A stretch of DNA of 63,445 nt from an uncultured Bacteroidales bacterium. GTDB taxonomy: Bacteria; Bacteroidota; Bacteroidia; Bacteroidales; JAAAOM01. Positions 37,418 through 47,970 of this stretch are shown here, in pieces. How positions within the stretch are numbered: position 1 is the first letter of the stretch; every line of letters begins with the position of its first letter. The stretch lies in assembly GCA_964652315.1 (NCBI GenBank), contig CAZZBU010000006.1:1-63445 (forward strand), given 5' to 3'. The notes beneath the pieces are model-generated. The model searched no databases. It was not told the DNA's origin and saw nothing but the letters and a program-made list of their open reading frames with translations. The translations under genes were made by a program, and so were the position numbers.

Positions 37418-38959
37418 ATGAATAAATTGCGTACATGGATTGTATTCTCAGGTTTTTTTTTGTTCATCGTAATCCCCTTTGATGTACCTGCTCAAAAGTA
37501 CTTTGAAACATCTGTAGATTACAGCAGGCCTCATTCGGGTTTCACCTACTCCGATACCAGCATTAGCAACATCATTTATCCGTATCTTACGGACTTTAAT
37601 ACCCATGTTTATAACGATGATTCCTTTTTCAACCAGCCTTTGATTTATTTCAATAAAAACCAGTATGCCCTTATTGTAAATCCTATAATTGGCGGTGAAT
37701 TGTTCTCTTCCAACCAACAAAACAACCTGCATAGTTTTTTAGGATTGGATGCAAAAGGTTATTTCACCTCATATTTGTCAGCAGGAATAAATCTTTATAC
37801 GCACCGGGGTGTGATACCTGATTTTGCCATTGAAAAAACAGATTCTATTGATTACCTGCCGCAGTTTGGTGATTTTTCAACTATTCAGGAGGGATACCAT
37901 ACGAATAATTTTTCATGGTACGTTAATTTTCAACCGGCAGGCTACCTGAGTATCTCAGCCGGAAAGGGCAATCAATTTATTGGCTCGGGCTATCGTTCTT
38001 TGTTCTTATCAGATAATGTTGAACCTTATCCATATTTCAGAACACTGGTGATGTTTGATAGAATCCAGTATTTTTTTCAGGTTTCCTTTTTGGAAAATAA
38101 TCCGGAATTTATCCCAAAAAATAATTTTGCCTCTCAAAAATATAGCAGCACCCATTTCCTGAATTTTAATGTACTCCCTAATCTTGAATTGGGGTTGTTC
38201 GAGACAGTTGTTTGGGCTCCGGACGACTCTACCATTAACCGCGGTTTGGATATTAATTTCCTGAACCCTGTTATTTTTTTCCGGCCCGTTGAATTTTCCA
38301 TTGGCTCACCGGATAATGTATTGTTGGGGTTATCAGCTGATTTAAGCCTGGGTAATTCAATCAATATCTACGGACAGTTCCTGCTTGATGAATTTAACAT
38401 GCATTACGTAACTAACACCTATAAATGGTGGGGAAATAAATACGGTTACCAGGTGGGAAGTTCATTTTATAAACAAATGAATACCATTTCATATTCCGTT
38501 TTTTTGGAATACAATCAGGCGCGCCCGTTTACCTATTCACATCACTATTCTTCAAAATCATACGGGCATCAGCTATTTCCACTGGCTCACCCTCTTGGGG
38601 GGAATTTCAGGGAAACAACAGCAGGCATCCGACTTAAACAGAACAAACTCGTTATCCGCAATACCCTCTACCTTCAACAATATGCCTCAGATTCAACAGG
38701 AACCAATTATGGTAATGATATTTTTAAACCCAATGCCACACGATCGCTGGAAAATGGAAGCTTGTTGCTTCAAGGTATACAGAAAAAGGTATTTTCAAAC
38801 CGCTTTTTGATTGGTTATACGCTGCATCCGGTATGGAAGACAAGCTTTACTGTTGAATATATCCTCCGAAAAGAAACAGGCAGGGGAACAGGGCATTATT
38901 TATTTTTAGGAATAAGAACAGGCCTGACTAAACATGATATTTACGATGCGAGATATTAA
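37418..38959 (+). CDS. Outer-membrane protein, RemB/Wzi-like, copy 1
   Basis: Signal peptide; GSGYRSLFLSDN, YGQFLLDEF, AHPLGGNFRE; aromatic-rich beta-barrel-like sequence. Confidence 0.6.
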   Translation: MNKLRTWIVFSGFFLFIVIPFDVPAQKYFETSVDYSRPHSGFTYSDTSISNIIYPYLTDFNTHVYNDDSFFNQPLIYFNKNQYALIVNPIIGGELFSSNQQNNLHSFLGLDAKGYFTSYLSAGINLYTHRGVIPDFAIEKTDSIDYLPQFGDFSTIQEGYHTNNFSWYVNFQPAGYLSISAGKGNQFIGSGYRSLFLSDNVEPYPYFRTLVMFDRIQYFFQVSFLENNPEFIPKNNFASQKYSSTHFLNFNVLPNLELGLFETVVWAPDDSTINRGLDINFLNPVIFFRPVEFSIGSPDNVLLGLSADLSLGNSINIYGQFLLDEFNMHYVTNTYKWWGNKYGYQVGSSFYKQMNTISYSVFLEYNQARPFTYSHHYSSKSYGHQLFPLAHPLGGNFRETTAGIRLKQNKLVIRNTLYLQQYASDSTGTNYGNDIFKPNATRSLENGSLLLQGIQKKVFSNRFLIGYTLHPVWKTSFTVEYILRKETGRGTGHYLFLGIRTGLTKHDIYDARY

Positions 38960-40553
38960 GTATACGATAAATAATACATGCAATGTATTGCTGCCAATGT
39001 TAATGATGCTGGTATGTCGCCTGTTACCGTTGGAGGCACAACCGTATATTCCGCTTGAACATAATCTGGCCTGGCAGTATGAACATGAAATATTGAAATC
39101 AGAAAAATCCGTGGTGACCTCTTTTAAACCCTTTTACATAACTGGTTATCACCCTGATTCACTGGTTTCTGACAGCCTGCTTATGCATTCACCAAAGGGG
39201 ATGAAACCCTGGTTTCGAAGAAAGCTGTTCAGCGAACATTTTTTTCGAATCAAAGAAGGACCGCTTGCATTTGCAATGGATCCGCTTGCAATACTTTCAT
39301 TCGGCCATGACGATCAGCAGACTGAACCATTGTACAGGAATACCCGGGGCATCAGGCTTGAAGGAATGCTTGGGCCAAATCTGAGTTTTACTTCCTCATT
39401 TTACGAAAACCAAGCCCGTTTCCCCCTTTACCTTACACAGTGGGCTGGGGAAAAACTCGTCATCCCAGGGCAGGGTACGATAAGGGAATTTGGGGTTGGA
39501 GGCTATGATTTTAACTGGGCAGACGGAAGAATCACATTCAATCCGGGAGAAAAATGGTTGTTTGAAATGGGGCATGGGAAAAAATATATCGGAAACGGGT
39601 ACAGGTCGTTGATTCTTTCTGATAATGCATTTAATTATCCTTATCTGCTTGTTGGTTTTAAAAATAAATGGTTCCATTTTTACAAAATGCATGCTTCGCT
39701 GATGCATGATATATTTTTTATAAACCGAAGCAATGTTATGTACAATCGTAAAACAGCAAGCATGCATTATTTTGGATTTCAACCGATTAAGAATTTAGAG
39801 ATTTCCTTTTTTGATGGATTCATCTGGTCTACACCCGACTCAACAGGACAGTTTAATTTTGAAGCAGAAATGCTCAGTCCTGTGCCATTTAAACTGAACG
39901 ATCCGAAAAAAAACATCATTACGGGAATTAATATCAACTACACACTTAACAAAAGCTATCAAATGTATGGTCAGTGGATGTTCGACGATTTTAAATTCAC
40001 AGGCTCTCAGAATTTTCTGAAACAAGGGTTTCAGGCAGGTTTAAAAGCTTTTTCGCCATTCTCCCTCAGTGGATTGTTCCTTCTTGCAGAGGTTAATCAG
40101 GTATGGCCTTATACTTATTCGCAGGCTTCGCCTGAATTTAGCTACACCCATTATAACCAGGCTTTGGCCCATCCCCTGGGTGCAAATTTCAGGGAATGGG
40201 TTGTTATAGCCACTTATGAGTGGAAGCGCCTGAGGTTATATGCAAAAATGAACCTGGCAAGGTATGGTACCGATAATGAAAATGAACATTGGGGGAAAGA
40301 TATCTTCAAGTCAACGGATGATGCTTCCCTTAGTTTAGAGAATTCATTAACACAGCTTTTTCAGGGTAATCAAACATCATCAACCATAATGCATAGCAGA
40401 TTATCAGTTATAGTAAATCCTAACACAAACCTTTTATTATCATTAGGTTTTCAAAAGAGGGTTTTGTCTGGAATCCCGGAAATCAATAGCAACTCAGGTT
40501 ATTTTTATGTTTCTTTGCATTCAAACCTGAATAACTTTTATTACGATTTTTAA
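38934..40553 (+). CDS. Outer-membrane protein, RemB/Wzi-like, copy 2 (start uncertain)
   Basis: GNGYRSLILSDN, YGQWMFDDF, AHPLGANFRE; terminal aromatic residue; paralog of the upstream gene. Confidence 0.6.
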   Translation: MIFTMRDIKYTINNTCNVLLPMLMMLVCRLLPLEAQPYIPLEHNLAWQYEHEILKSEKSVVTSFKPFYITGYHPDSLVSDSLLMHSPKGMKPWFRRKLFSEHFFRIKEGPLAFAMDPLAILSFGHDDQQTEPLYRNTRGIRLEGMLGPNLSFTSSFYENQARFPLYLTQWAGEKLVIPGQGTIREFGVGGYDFNWADGRITFNPGEKWLFEMGHGKKYIGNGYRSLILSDNAFNYPYLLVGFKNKWFHFYKMHASLMHDIFFINRSNVMYNRKTASMHYFGFQPIKNLEISFFDGFIWSTPDSTGQFNFEAEMLSPVPFKLNDPKKNIITGININYTLNKSYQMYGQWMFDDFKFTGSQNFLKQGFQAGLKAFSPFSLSGLFLLAEVNQVWPYTYSQASPEFSYTHYNQALAHPLGANFREWVVIATYEWKRLRLYAKMNLARYGTDNENEHWGKDIFKSTDDASLSLENSLTQLFQGNQTSSTIMHSRLSVIVNPNTNLLLSLGFQKRVLSGIPEINSNSGYFYVSLHSNLNNFYYDF

Positions 40554-41009
40554 ATGAGCTTAAAACCTGTTGATGACCGTATAGTTCGCTTTATTGATAA
40601 GCATCATGTCTTAAACCTTGCCACATGCAAAAATTCGATTCCGTATTGTGCCAACTGTTTTTATGTTTATCTCAGGGAAGAAAATATGTTTGTTTTCTCC
40701 AGTGATATGGATACCAGGCATGCTCAGGAAGCGATACAAAATAATATTGTGGCAGGTTCAGTGGTACTTGAAACAAAAAAACCCGGATTAATACAGGGGT
40801 TACAAATTCAGGGCCGGATGGAGCGGATTAATGAAGAAAACAAGAAAAAAGCCAGAAAAGCGTATTTTAAACGGTTTCCGTATGCCCAGGTAATGGATGT
40901 TGAACTTTGGACCTTGCATGTTGGTTTCTTTAAATTAACGGATAACCGTTTGGGTTTTGGTAAAAAGATAATTTGGCAGGATGAATCATTTATTAAAAGT
41001 GTGACCTGA
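40554..41009 (+). CDS. Pyridoxamine 5'-phosphate oxidase-like FMN-binding protein (YhbP-like)
   Basis: HHVLNLAT, YCANCFY, TRHA, IQGLQIQG, KLTDNRLGFGKK. Confidence 0.75.
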   Translation: MSLKPVDDRIVRFIDKHHVLNLATCKNSIPYCANCFYVYLREENMFVFSSDMDTRHAQEAIQNNIVAGSVVLETKKPGLIQGLQIQGRMERINEENKKKARKAYFKRFPYAQVMDVELWTLHVGFFKLTDNRLGFGKKIIWQDESFIKSVT

Positions 41010-41011
41010 GG

Positions 41012-42025
41012 ATGAATTTAATAACAGGAGGAACAGGGTTGGTTGGTTCGCATCTTCTGCTTGAACTTACAAAAAGAGGCTGGCCTGTGCGGGTTATCGT
41101 CCGTTCAACCAGCAATATACAGCATGTTAAAGCTGTCTTTGAGATGTACGGTACGGAAAATCTGCCTTTGTTTGATAGCATTGAATGGGAAGAAGCCGAT
41201 TTGCTCAACAAAGCTACCCTTGATGCAGCATTTAAAGACGCAGATTATGTATATCATGCAGCAGCCATAGTTTCCTTTAATCCTGCAGACAGGCAGCGCA
41301 TGTTGCACAATAATATTGAAAGCACAGCCAACGTAGTTGATTTATGCCTTGAACATGATGTAAAAAAACTGTGTCATGTCAGTTCAATAGCTTCCCTCGG
41401 CGAGCCCTCAAATGGGGAACTGATACATGAAGACACCCTGTGGAAAAACAGCAAAGGACGTTCAACCTATTCCCTGAGTAAGTTTAAATCAGAAATGGAA
41501 GTATGGAGAGGAATAACAGAAGGATTAAATGCAATCATCGTAAATCCCTCAGTAATACTCGGACCGGGTTTTTGGAACCGGGGTAGCAGTGCGCTTATTT
41601 CAACTGTTGCCAGGGGCCTGCGGTTTTTTCCGGAAGGAGGCACCGGCTTTGTGGATGTAAACGATGTAGTGCATGGCATGATTGGCCTGATGGAAAAAGA
41701 TGTTACAAACGGACGGTATATTCTAAATAGCGAAAATCGGCTTTACAAAGAAGTGTTTGATATGATAGCTTCCTGTTTGAATGTCGAAAAACCAAGCATA
41801 CGTGTTGGCAGAATATTATCTTCCCTGGGCTGGCGGCTGGAGTGGATTCGATCCAAGCTTACGGGTAGCAGCCCAAAACTGACCCGTGAAGTGGCTGAGG
41901 CATCAAAAAATATCAAAGCATATTCAAACCGGAAAGTGAGTGAAGTCCTGGGTTTTTCATTCCAGCCGGTAGGCAATACCATTGAACAGCTTTGCGAAAT
42001 GTATAAAGCAGAAAACAGCCGATGA
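41012..42025 (+). CDS. NAD-dependent epimerase/dehydratase
   Basis: ITGGTGLVGS, YHAAAIVS, HVSSIASLG, YSLSK (YxxxK), VNPSVILGPG. Confidence 0.88.
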   Translation: MNLITGGTGLVGSHLLLELTKRGWPVRVIVRSTSNIQHVKAVFEMYGTENLPLFDSIEWEEADLLNKATLDAAFKDADYVYHAAAIVSFNPADRQRMLHNNIESTANVVDLCLEHDVKKLCHVSSIASLGEPSNGELIHEDTLWKNSKGRSTYSLSKFKSEMEVWRGITEGLNAIIVNPSVILGPGFWNRGSSALISTVARGLRFFPEGGTGFVDVNDVVHGMIGLMEKDVTNGRYILNSENRLYKEVFDMIASCLNVEKPSIRVGRILSSLGWRLEWIRSKLTGSSPKLTREVAEASKNIKAYSNRKVSEVLGFSFQPVGNTIEQLCEMYKAENSR

Positions 42026-42134
42026 TGGTATACAATGAAATCAAATCAGGTAAGCCGGTAAAATATTATTAAGTTTAGTGTGGTAAACCATTGTTGTGAT
42101 TTATTTTTAAAATGATAAAAAAAAATTCCAGGAT

Positions 42135-42833
42135 ATGAAGAAAAAGCTTGTGGTACTGACCGGTTCGGGCATCAGCGCCGAGAGCGGCCTGAAAACCTTC
42201 AGGGATTCCGGCGGATTATGGGAAGAACATGATGTGATGGAGGTTGCAAGCATTGATGGCTGGCATCAAAATCCCGAACTGGTTTTGAGGTTTTATAACG
42301 AAAGAAGAAAGCAACTGGCAACAGCAAAGCCTAATGACGGACATCTCGGACTGGCCGATCTTGAAAAAGATTTTGATGTGCATATCATTACCCAAAATGT
42401 TGATAACTTGCATGAAGCAGCAGGCAGCACCAATGTGCTACACTTGCACGGCGAACTTACCAAGGTGAGAAGCACAGGAGACGAAAGCCTGGTTTATGAT
42501 ATCGGAACCAGAGAAATCAAAATGGGGGATACCTGTGAAAAGGGGTTTCAGCTTCGGCCCCATATTGTGTGGTTTGGTGAGCCTGTACCTGCTATAGAAC
42601 CGGCAGCCATTCTGTGCCAGCAGGCAGATATCATGGTTGTTATCGGTACCAGCCTAAATGTTTATCCGGCTGCCGGCATTATTGATTATGTTGCCCCCCA
42701 TGCCCCGCTTTACCTGATCGATCCGGGAGAGTTTTCAAACGCGATGTTCAGACGGAGAATTGAGTTTATTCGCGAAAAAGCATCAGTGGGAATAGGAATT
42801 CTTAAAGGTCGTCTTAAAACCATAATCAAATGA
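42135..42833 (+). CDS. cobB: NAD-dependent protein deacylase (sirtuin)
   Basis: TGSGISAESGLKTFRD, TQNVDNLHE, HLHGE, RPHIVWFGE, GTSL. Confidence 0.93.
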   Translation: MKKKLVVLTGSGISAESGLKTFRDSGGLWEEHDVMEVASIDGWHQNPELVLRFYNERRKQLATAKPNDGHLGLADLEKDFDVHIITQNVDNLHEAAGSTNVLHLHGELTKVRSTGDESLVYDIGTREIKMGDTCEKGFQLRPHIVWFGEPVPAIEPAAILCQQADIMVVIGTSLNVYPAAGIIDYVAPHAPLYLIDPGEFSNAMFRRRIEFIREKASVGIGILKGRLKTIIK

Positions 42834-43444
42834 TCCGGAAAACACGTTGTCTGGTTTTACTTATCGGAATTTTATTCTTTGGATTTGGTATGGGCCTTCA
42901 CGCTCAAAAATTCAATGGAGGCTTGTTGGCAGGCATCAATACAAGTCAGGTTGATGGTGATAATTACGGAGGCTATTACAAAGCAGGCATTACCGGTGGG
43001 GGTTTTGTAAACTATAAGCTCACAAGATATGCCGGTTTGCAAATGGAACTTTATTACATCCGGAAAGGCGCAGGAAAAAAACCCGATGAAACTAATGCTA
43101 CCTATTACAAAGTAAAGTTGAATTATATTGAGCTACCTGTGGTGTTTTTTTATGAGGCAAGCGATCGGTTGATTTTTGAAGGAGGCCTTGCGTATGGTGT
43201 GCTTGCCACGGGTACAGAAGATATGGGTGCGGGTGACATCATCCCGGAAGACTATCCATTTGACAAGAATGATTACTCAGGCCTGCTTGGGGTAGGCTAT
43301 CGTTTAGGCAACAATGTGATTGTTGATATCCGCTATTCCCATTCATTATTACCCATTAGAAATCATCCGGGAAATAAAACCTGGCTGCTCAACAGGGGGC
43401 AATATAACAACTGCCTGACGTTTACATTAAGATACCAGCTATGA
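42830..43444 (+). CDS. Outer-membrane beta-barrel (porin family / PorT-like)
   Basis: Signal peptide, GINTSQVDGD, LNYIELPV, alternating beta pattern. Confidence 0.7.
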   Translation: MIRKTRCLVLLIGILFFGFGMGLHAQKFNGGLLAGINTSQVDGDNYGGYYKAGITGGGFVNYKLTRYAGLQMELYYIRKGAGKKPDETNATYYKVKLNYIELPVVFFYEASDRLIFEGGLAYGVLATGTEDMGAGDIIPEDYPFDKNDYSGLLGVGYRLGNNVIVDIRYSHSLLPIRNHPGNKTWLLNRGQYNNCLTFTLRYQL

Positions 43445-44013
43445 ATAAGATTAAAAAAGTAGTCGTTGCTGTTACCGGTGCCAGTGGATCAATATATGCC
43501 AAACGTTTGCTTGACAGATTGATGGAATTGAAGGGCCAGTATCAGGAAGTACATCTTGTGTTGTCAGAAACAGCCATGGAAATCTGGAGACACGAGCTAA
43601 ACGGTAATTCTTTTCAAGAATATAATCTGCCCATCCATTCAAAAAAGGATTTTAATGCCCCGTTTGCCTCAGGGTCAGCCGGATTTACACACATGCTGGT
43701 TTGCCCCTGTTCAATGGGCACCCTCGCACGCATAGCCAATGGCATTTCCGATGATTTAATCACCCGGGCTGCAGATGTGATGCTAAAAGAAAAACGAATG
43801 CTCCTGGTTGTTCCGCGTGAAACTCCTTACAGCCTTATTCATATTCAAAACATGGAAAAACTGTCTTTGGCAGGAGGAATTATTCTGCCGGCAACTCCAT
43901 CGTTTTATTCCAGGCCGGCAACCATTTTACAGGTTATTGATACCGTAATTGATCGGATTTTAGCGCACTGTGGATTTGAGTTTGAAGGTTTTCGCTGGGG
44001 AAGTAGTGTTTAA
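43441..44013 (+). CDS. ubiX: Flavin prenyltransferase
   Basis: AVTGASGSIYA, APFASGS, PCSMGTLARIA, RAADV, RETP, PSFY. Confidence 0.93.
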   Translation: MNKIKKVVVAVTGASGSIYAKRLLDRLMELKGQYQEVHLVLSETAMEIWRHELNGNSFQEYNLPIHSKKDFNAPFASGSAGFTHMLVCPCSMGTLARIANGISDDLITRAADVMLKEKRMLLVVPRETPYSLIHIQNMEKLSLAGGIILPATPSFYSRPATILQVIDTVIDRILAHCGFEFEGFRWGSSV

Positions 44014-44708
44014 GCATCTTCTGTAATGGCCAGGGTAGCGATACTGATTTTTACGTCGCCGGCTTTTTGAAGAACAATTGATGCTGCTTCAAGAGTTGCC
44101 CCTGTGGTAACAATATCATCAACCAGCAGAATATGTTTTCCCCTGACAGCCTCAGGATCATTCAGTTTAAAAATTTCTTCCACATTCTTCCATCGTTCAT
44201 AGCGCCTTTTCCTGGTTTGTGTTGTGCTGTGGATGCGTCTTGACAATGCTTCCGTAATTATTGGTTTATTTAGTGCCCGGGCCAGTCCCATGGCAAAAAA
44301 CTCACTTTGATTAAACCCGCGTTTTTCTAATTTTATGGGATGCAGGGGCACAGGTATAATTACATCAACCGAGTTAAAAAACCGTCCTTTGAGGTGACTC
44401 CCATAGAATCGACCAAGAATTTCACCTATTGCCTGTCTGTTTTTATATTTAAACTTGTGAATGACCTTTTGGGTAAGGTTTTTTTTGCTAAAACGAAGAA
44501 ATGAGTGTGCCTGAACTACAGGTATTCTTCCCCAGAATATTTTTTCGGTTTGTGTCTCCTTTGAGTTGTCCGTTGTAAACTTTGGCAATTTATAAATACA
44601 TTTAAGACATATCTCCGATTCATTTGCCAGGAGTGTGTTATCACATCCAGCACAAGTTCGCGGATAGATAAAATCCAATAGGTCCCGGGTTATGGAGGCA
44701 ATATTCAT
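44010..44708 (-). CDS. comF: ComF-family phosphoribosyltransferase-like protein
   Basis: N-terminal CxxC pair, PVPLHP, RGFNQS, LLVDDIVTTGATL. Confidence 0.9.
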   Translation of the reverse strand: MNIASITRDLLDFIYPRTCAGCDNTLLANESEICLKCIYKLPKFTTDNSKETQTEKIFWGRIPVVQAHSFLRFSKKNLTQKVIHKFKYKNRQAIGEILGRFYGSHLKGRFFNSVDVIIPVPLHPIKLEKRGFNQSEFFAMGLARALNKPIITEALSRRIHSTTQTRKRRYERWKNVEEIFKLNDPEAVRGKHILLVDDIVTTGATLEAASIVLQKAGDVKISIATLAITEDA

Positions 44709-44772
44709 GTGGCTTAGAATATAAATATAAACTGCCCTTAAAAATATATTTTTTCGGGCAGTTTACATCCGT

Positions 44773-45192
44773 TTAGCTTTCATTTATTTTAATTTCATAA
44801 AATAAATCCATTACATCTTTGTATGAAGCACTGACTCCACAATAGGTTTCTTCAGATAATTTTATGGCTTTCTTGATTTTATCCAGCGGAAGGTCAGTTC
44901 CTTTAAAAGAATAAATGACTTTCATTTTAACAAACTTTTTGGGATGCTCCTCGGTGAGCTCTCCTTCCACGTTGATATCAAGGCTTTCATATTCGACCCG
45001 CATTTTTTTTAATATGGAAACCACATCCATGCCGGTACATCCTGCCAATGCAACCATCATAAGGGGTTTTGGTTTAGGTCCTTTATCCTGCCCGCCCGCA
45101 TCAGGGGCTGCATCAATGGTAATCTTATGTCCATTTACGTCGGCTTCAAATGACATGCCTCCGGTCCATGAAACAGTTACAGATTCTTTCAT
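44773..45192 (-). CDS. OsmC/YhfA-family protein
   Basis: GPKPKPL, ALAGCTGMDV, YCGVSA. Confidence 0.87.
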   Translation of the reverse strand: MKESVTVSWTGGMSFEADVNGHKITIDAAPDAGGQDKGPKPKPLMMVALAGCTGMDVVSILKKMRVEYESLDINVEGELTEEHPKKFVKMKVIYSFKGTDLPLDKIKKAIKLSEETYCGVSASYKDVMDLFYEIKINES

Positions 45193-45474
45193 AATAATTA
45201 TTTTTGTCTGGTATTACATAATCCTCTACGAAAGTAGCAAACAAAATAGAATTTATTTTTGTTCGCTTAACATGTAATGCACACTTGATCCTATTGTTTT
45301 TTGATAAAAAAGAGCATCCTACCGCCAGAATTTATTTAGAAAAAATCAAAAACAGGGGTTAATACAGGGTAAAAACACATATTTGAAAGAGGTAATACAA
45401 AAATTACCCTGAATTTTGTGTATGGTTTATGTAATATGTTTTAATTTTAAAAAGATTTTAATATCAAGGCATCT

Positions 45475-46182
45475 ATGAAAGCAAAAAAAATGGAACAAGA
45501 GCAACTTGATTGCCTCGACACAACAAATTCAATATTTAAACATCTTTCAGAAGAAGAAAAAGCAACCATGATGGATCAGGGTGGTGCTGATTTTTACAAA
45601 CGCGGGACTGTGATCTACGAAGAGGGCAGCCGCATCAATGGATTTTATTGTGTCCAAAAAGGCATTATAAAAATATTTAAAACAGGCATAGACGGTAAAG
45701 AACAAATTATCCGTTTTGCCAAGAAAGGCGATATCATGGGTTTTCGATCAACCCTGAGCAATGAACTTGCATGCACCACTGCCAAAGTGATTGAAGATGC
45801 TTTTATTTGCTATATTCCGGGTGACCTGGTTATTGATGCAGTAAAATCCAATGGCAACTTTGCCATGGAATTGTTGCAGATTGCCTGTCAGGAACTGGGA
45901 GAAGCCAACGATTATATTACCGATATTGCTCAAAAAACAGTACGTGAAAGGCTTGCCGAAGTATTGATTCATCTTAAATCGACCTTTAATCTTGATGAAG
46001 AAAACTTCCTGAAAGTATCACTTACCCGTGAAGAACTAGCCAATATTGTGGGTACAGCTACTGAGTCAGTTATTCGTCTTTTATCAGAATTCAAACAGGA
46101 TAAGCTAATTGAACTTCATGGAAGGAAGATTAAACTGCTGGATATTTCTAAATTGAAAAAAATAGGCAATGTCCAAGAATAA
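45475..46182 (+). CDS. Crp/Fnr-family transcriptional regulator
   Basis: cNMP-type domain (IYEEG, GKEQIIRF), VRERLA, LTREELANIVGTATESVIR HTH. Confidence 0.92.
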   Translation: MKAKKMEQEQLDCLDTTNSIFKHLSEEEKATMMDQGGADFYKRGTVIYEEGSRINGFYCVQKGIIKIFKTGIDGKEQIIRFAKKGDIMGFRSTLSNELACTTAKVIEDAFICYIPGDLVIDAVKSNGNFAMELLQIACQELGEANDYITDIAQKTVRERLAEVLIHLKSTFNLDEENFLKVSLTREELANIVGTATESVIRLLSEFKQDKLIELHGRKIKLLDISKLKKIGNVQE

Positions 46183-46233
46183 TTAAGCGTCCTTTTTCTG
46201 GATTTTGTAAATCAAAAAAATACAGACTCAATT

Positions 46234-47046
46234 ATGATACTTTCTCCGTTATGGCTGGCATTTGCGTTAACACTTTTCGCCGGCCTGTCGACTGGTATCG
46301 GAAGTGCAATAGCCTTTTTTGCAAAAACTACAAACACGAAATTTTTATCAGTTTCACTGGGATTTTCAGCCGGAGTTATGATCTATGTTTCCTTTGTTGA
46401 GATCTTCAGCAAAGCCCAGGAAGCACTCGAAGCGGCCCAGGGAATACGCATGGGTGCCTGGATAACTGTTATGGCCTTTTTTGGAGGCATGTTTTTTATT
46501 GCCCTCATTGACAACCTGGTGCCTTCTATGGGTAATCCACATGAATTGCGCAAGGTGGAAGACGCCGAACACCCTACCGAACGGATGAAAAAGAAAAAGC
46601 TCCTGCGATTGGGCACGTTCTCTGCCATGGCTATTGCCATTCATAATTTCCCGGAAGGACTGGCTACCTTTACTGCAACCATGTCTGATCCCAGCCTGGG
46701 TATTGCCATTGCCATAGCCATTGCCATACATAATATTCCTGAAGGCATTGCCGTATCAGTACCCATTTATTATGCCACCCGAAACAAGCGAAAAGCATTT
46801 ATGTACTCATTTTTGTCTGGCTTAGCCGAGCCGGTTGGAGCTTTAATCGGATTTGCCATATTGATGCCGTTTTTCAGTGATACTGTTTTTGGGGTACTTT
46901 TCGCCTCTGTGGCCGGCATTATGGTCTTTATTTCCCTCGATGAATTATTACCCGCCGCCCGGGAATACGGACAGGCCCACTTATCTATCTATGGCCTTAT
47001 AGCCGGTATGATGGTAATGGCTGTGAGTTTATTGTTATTTATTTAA
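46234..47046 (+). CDS. zupT: ZIP-family zinc transporter
   Basis: [39 protein letters not shown]. Confidence 0.92.
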   Translation: MILSPLWLAFALTLFAGLSTGIGSAIAFFAKTTNTKFLSVSLGFSAGVMIYVSFVEIFSKAQEALEAAQGIRMGAWITVMAFFGGMFFIALIDNLVPSMGNPHELRKVEDAEHPTERMKKKKLLRLGTFSAMAIAIHNFPEGLATFTATMSDPSLGIAIAIAIAIHNIPEGIAVSVPIYYATRNKRKAFMYSFLSGLAEPVGALIGFAILMPFFSDTVFGVLFASVAGIMVFISLDELLPAAREYGQAHLSIYGLIAGMMVMAVSLLLFI

Positions 47047-47969
47047 TGAAAAACGAGAAAAAAATAGCGCATGCTTCCTTAGTCAGTCTGATAGGGAATG
47101 CATTTCTGGCTGTTTCGAAAATTATTATCGGACTGTTATCCGGTAGCCTGGCAGTTGTTGCTGATGGGATTGATTCGACAGGTGATATTCTTTCTTCTGC
47201 CATAGCATTATACTCAGCAAAATTAATGTCCAAACCACCGACTAAGAAATATCCTTATGGTTTTGCCAAAGCAGATACCATTTCTGCCAAGACACTTTCG
47301 TTCATCATGCTTTTTGCAGGGTTGCAATTGGGTATAGCTACAGTTAAAAAAATCATGGATGGTACAACTGCAGGGGTACCCGGAATGGCAGCTATTATTG
47401 TTACAGTAGTATCCATTTTTGCCAAATGGCTTCTGGCCTGGTATCAGCTTAAAATCAGTAAGAAAACAAAAAGTACCATGCTACGCGCTAATGCTAAAAA
47501 CATGCAGGGTGATATTCTTATTTCACTGGGCGTACTGATTGGCTTATTTTTCACCATGCATTACAATAATCCTTTGATTGACAATATCATTGCCTTGCTG
47601 GTAAGTGCCTGGATTATTAAAACGGGGTTGGGGATATTCTTTGAAACAAGCCGGGACCTGATGGATGGCATTCGCGATGAAAGCATTTATAATGATATTT
47701 TTGGAGCCATTGACTCGGTAGAAGGAGTATATAATCCCCATCGGGTAAGAACGCGGAAAATTGGCCCGCGCATCATGGTTGCCATCGATATTGAGGTGAA
47801 GGGGGATATCCCTCTCAAAGAAGCACATAGCCTGGCTCACAAAGTGGAACAAACCATAAAGGAAAAAATTGATGATGTGTTTGACGTGAACATCCATGTT
47901 GAACCTCTTGGAGATGAAACCCGTGAACAACCTTTGGGTTTTTCAAGAGAAAACATTCGGGATGGTTAA
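47046..47969 (+). CDS. Cation diffusion facilitator (FieF-like)
   Basis: SLAVVADGIDS, YPYGFAK, NMQGD, C-terminal HRVRTR and VNIHVEP. Confidence 0.88.
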   Translation: MKNEKKIAHASLVSLIGNAFLAVSKIIIGLLSGSLAVVADGIDSTGDILSSAIALYSAKLMSKPPTKKYPYGFAKADTISAKTLSFIMLFAGLQLGIATVKKIMDGTTAGVPGMAAIIVTVVSIFAKWLLAWYQLKISKKTKSTMLRANAKNMQGDILISLGVLIGLFFTMHYNNPLIDNIIALLVSAWIIKTGLGIFFETSRDLMDGIRDESIYNDIFGAIDSVEGVYNPHRVRTRKIGPRIMVAIDIEVKGDIPLKEAHSLAHKVEQTIKEKIDDVFDVNIHVEPLGDETREQPLGFSRENIRDG

Positions 47970-47970
47970 A

